DNA of 37,444 bases from an uncultured Methanosarcinales archaeon (lineage in GTDB: Archaea; Nanobdellota; Nanobdellia; Woesearchaeales; CAZOXR01): contig CAZMIO010000004.1 of the NCBI GenBank assembly GCA_964566535.1, positions 62,001-99,444 on the forward strand, given 5' to 3'. The translations under genes were made by a program, and so were the position numbers. The notes beneath the pieces are model-generated. The model had not been told where the DNA came from and did not search any database. It saw only the letters and a program-made list of their open reading frames with translations. This document shows positions 35,625 to 37,444 of the stretch, piece after piece. Every line of letters starts with the position of its first letter. The stretch's first letter is position 1.

Positions 35625-36122
35625 ATGACGCAATACAAACGAATGGCAGCAATGTCTAATGTTATTGAGGTGGGTAGGAGTGTAGTTAGAGAAGCTTATG
35701 ATGTGGTTGGAGATGTTGTTCTTCCGAAGTATGATAGGGCAATGGGAGCTGTTAATGGATTAGAAGATTCTGTTCGAAGAATTGCAGGAGATATGGGAAC
35801 CACTTTCTCTGCTGTGTTAGGATTAAATACTGGAGATGGGTTAGTTTATGATACTCCAAGTGGAAGTTTACCCAGTCCTAGTTATGGTGCTGAAGATGCT
35901 ATGACTTCCCCAGTTTATAAGGGGAGGGGTCTTGGTGGTCGTGGTGATTTCTATAGGCAAGCAGGTGGTAGCGGTAGGGAGACTAGAGTAAGTGAGAGGG
36001 GGCCTAGGCGTATGACTAGAAGAAGACGAAGGGCTATTGAAGCTAGAACTAGGGCACATCAAAGGGATAAACCTGATGTTGTAGGAAGTAATGGTGGACC
36101 TGATGAATCTTCAGAAAATTAA
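35625..36122 (+). CDS. Hypothetical protein with RG/R-rich disordered C-terminus
   Basis: TATA near 35575, SD ggagggg and a T-rich tract after the stop. Confidence 0.6.
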   Translation: MTQYKRMAAMSNVIEVGRSVVREAYDVVGDVVLPKYDRAMGAVNGLEDSVRRIAGDMGTTFSAVLGLNTGDGLVYDTPSGSLPSPSYGAEDAMTSPVYKGRGLGGRGDFYRQAGGSGRETRVSERGPRRMTRRRRRAIEARTRAHQRDKPDVVGSNGGPDESSEN

Positions 36123-36183
36123 ATTACGTTAACTCTATTTTTTATTTTAATGCCTTTCTTTGATCTATTATTTTTTAATAAAA

Positions 36184-36256
36184 AGCCCCCGGGGAGAGTT
36201 GCACTCCCGACCTTCGCTTTACGAGAGCGATGCAATAGCTACTATGCTACGGAGGC
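36184..36256 (-). tRNA. tRNA-Thr (anticodon CGU), intron-less, CCA not encoded
   Basis: GCCTCCG/CGGGGGC acceptor stem, TCGCT-CT-CGT-AA-AGCGA anticodon arm, GGGAG-TGCAACT-CTCCC T arm, U73 discriminator; 73 nt. Confidence 0.93.
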
Positions 36257-36260
36257 AGAA

Positions 36261-36419
36261 TCATTTAATATTCTTTAGAATCTCTTCTTTTGACTTAAGC
36301 TTTTGCTGACATTCAGAACAGACATTATGTTTTTTTCCTTTTTCGTCTTTTATCACTGTGCCTATAATCTTCTTCATAAATGTTTCTTCTAGTTTTTTAC
36401 TGCATATTTCGCACTTCAT
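36261..36419 (-). CDS. Small zinc-finger protein (52 aa, not in ORF track)
   Basis: MKCEICSKKLEETFMKKIIGTVIKDEKGKKHNVCSECQQKLKSKEEILKNIK: two CxxC pairs; TATA about 22 nt upstream. Confidence 0.8.
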   Translation of the reverse strand: MKCEICSKKLEETFMKKIIGTVIKDEKGKKHNVCSECQQKLKSKEEILKNIK

Positions 36420-36440
36420 ATCAGTATAGAGTTTAGTTGT

Positions 36441-36460
36441 ATTTAAAAAGATTTTTAAAT
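36441..36460. promoter_or_regulatory. Palindromic back-to-back TATA boxes (bidirectional promoter)
   Basis: atttaaaaa-ga-tttttaaat, 22 nt from ATG 36419 (minus) and from ATG 36482 (plus). Confidence 0.6.
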
Positions 36461-36481
36461 TGAGTTAGCTTAGTGATAATT

Positions 36482-37180
36482 ATGGGAATTTTTGATATGT
36501 TCAGCAAAAAAACTGTATTAAGAACTGAGAAAGGCAAACCATTCAAGGCATTTGATGTAGTCGAAACCGTAAAAGGGGACTTTGATACGTTCCATTCTAA
36601 ATTATTGAAATATTCTTTGATTATGCTGATAAATGGAAAGAGGGGTTCTGGAAAGACTGCTCTAGGTATGAGATTACTTGAATTGTTTAGAAAAAAAACA
36701 AAAAGAAAATCCTATATTTTAGGTTATGATTCAACTAAATTACCGGGATGGATAAAAAAGTCTGAGGCAATTGAAGATGTGCCTAACAATGCCATTGTTT
36801 TAGTTGATGAAGGAGGATTAAGTTTTTCTTCAAGAGATTCAATGAAGGAAGCTAATAAGATGCTAGGTAAGATAATGGCAGTTGCTAGACATAAGAATTT
36901 GACTTTGATATTGATAACTCAAAATTCTGCTATGATTGATCTAAATGTTTTAAGGTTAGCTGATACTTTACTTCTAAAAGAACCTTCTTTGCTGCAATCT
37001 AAGTTTGAGAGGAAAGCAATTAAAGAGATGTACGATAAAGTTGCACCTCATTTTGAGAAAGCACCAGATAAACAAAAGAAGTTCTATGTTTGGGATGATG
37101 AGTTTGAAGGTATGTTGTCTTATGAACTATCTGATTTCTGGTCTGATAAGATCAGTAAGTCTTTTAAGAACTTCAAATAG
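36482..37180 (+). CDS. Zot/pI-like P-loop ATPase (FtsK-HerA superfamily)
   Basis: LINGKRGSGKT, VLVDEGG, ARHKNLTLILITQ, IDLNVLRLAD. Confidence 0.75.
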   Translation: MGIFDMFSKKTVLRTEKGKPFKAFDVVETVKGDFDTFHSKLLKYSLIMLINGKRGSGKTALGMRLLELFRKKTKRKSYILGYDSTKLPGWIKKSEAIEDVPNNAIVLVDEGGLSFSSRDSMKEANKMLGKIMAVARHKNLTLILITQNSAMIDLNVLRLADTLLLKEPSLLQSKFERKAIKEMYDKVAPHFEKAPDKQKKFYVWDDEFEGMLSYELSDFWSDKISKSFKNFK

Positions 37181-37305
37181 CTTGCTGAAAGTTAGTATAC
37201 ATCACCACCCATTCTAATATCCATCATAATCAAATTAACTTTATTTTATCTTTTATTCATTACATCACAACAAAATATAAATAGAATCCCTTTTTATTCC
37301 TAATT

Positions 37306-37444
37306 ATGGATGTAAAAGAGACCATAAACCAATTAATGCAGGAAAAAGGTCCTGTTTTACCTATTCAAGTCGCAAAAGCAATTGAATCTAATACCTTAAT
37401 GGCATCAGCCCATCTTTCTGAACTCTCTGCAAGGAAAAAAGTAA
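37306..37444 (+). CDS. Hypothetical protein with N-terminal winged HTH, 3'-truncated by window edge
   Basis: MDVKETINQLMQEKGPVLPIQVAKAIESNTLMASAHLSELSARKKV..., open to the window end; TATA 37274-37281. Confidence 0.7.
   Translation, partial: MDVKETINQLMQEKGPVLPIQVAKAIESNTLMASAHLSELSARKKV

Noticed and set aside
914..37217. Antisense or out-of-frame ORFs in the track (e.g. 914-1228, 2379-2738, 9121-9471, 11106-11420, 12644-13048, 13487-13903, 22856-23188, 33753-34253, 37005-37217)
   Set aside because: Shadow frames overlapping well-supported genes; S/F/L-rich mirrors of K/E-rich sense codons, with no motifs.
35180..37444. Integrated provirus at tRNA-Thr
   Set aside because: No integrase, no duplicated tRNA 3' end seen, and the Zot-like gene lies on the tRNA 5' side.

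Overview
AT-rich archaeal chromosome segment, most consistent with a DPANN lineage (Woesearchaeota-like): it has a fused PriS-PriL primase, a class III signal-peptide pilin, and no adk or cmk in the ribosomal superoperon. It is from a scaffold with one 100-N gap. In order it contains: two M29 aminopeptidases around a pilin-like gene, PAN, fused primase plus bacterial-type RsmI, the S10-spc ribosomal protein superoperon (uL3 to eL14 with SUI1, Rpp29, SecY, EMC3/DUF106), rpoN, a DedA/TVP38 protein, a hybrid bacterial/archaeal LeuRS, a site-2 protease, a stand-alone CARF-like protein, an RsmC-like methyltransferase, two paralogous membrane-anchored proteins, an AbrB-ABC-COG1361 operon, a radical SAM enzyme, tRNA-Thr(CGU) and a Zot-like ATPase. 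The most notable items missing from the ORF track are: (i) a separately promoted C/D-box-like sRNA at 4066-4144 (minus) with non-consensus boxes that still form two K-turns through compensatory changes; (ii) a roughly 300-nt hairpin-rich leader before uL3; (iii) a tRNA with a covarying A18/G55 elbow; (iv) two small complete genes (AbrB-like, zinc finger) and a partial wHTH gene. All calls come from motif recognition by eye; no searches were run.
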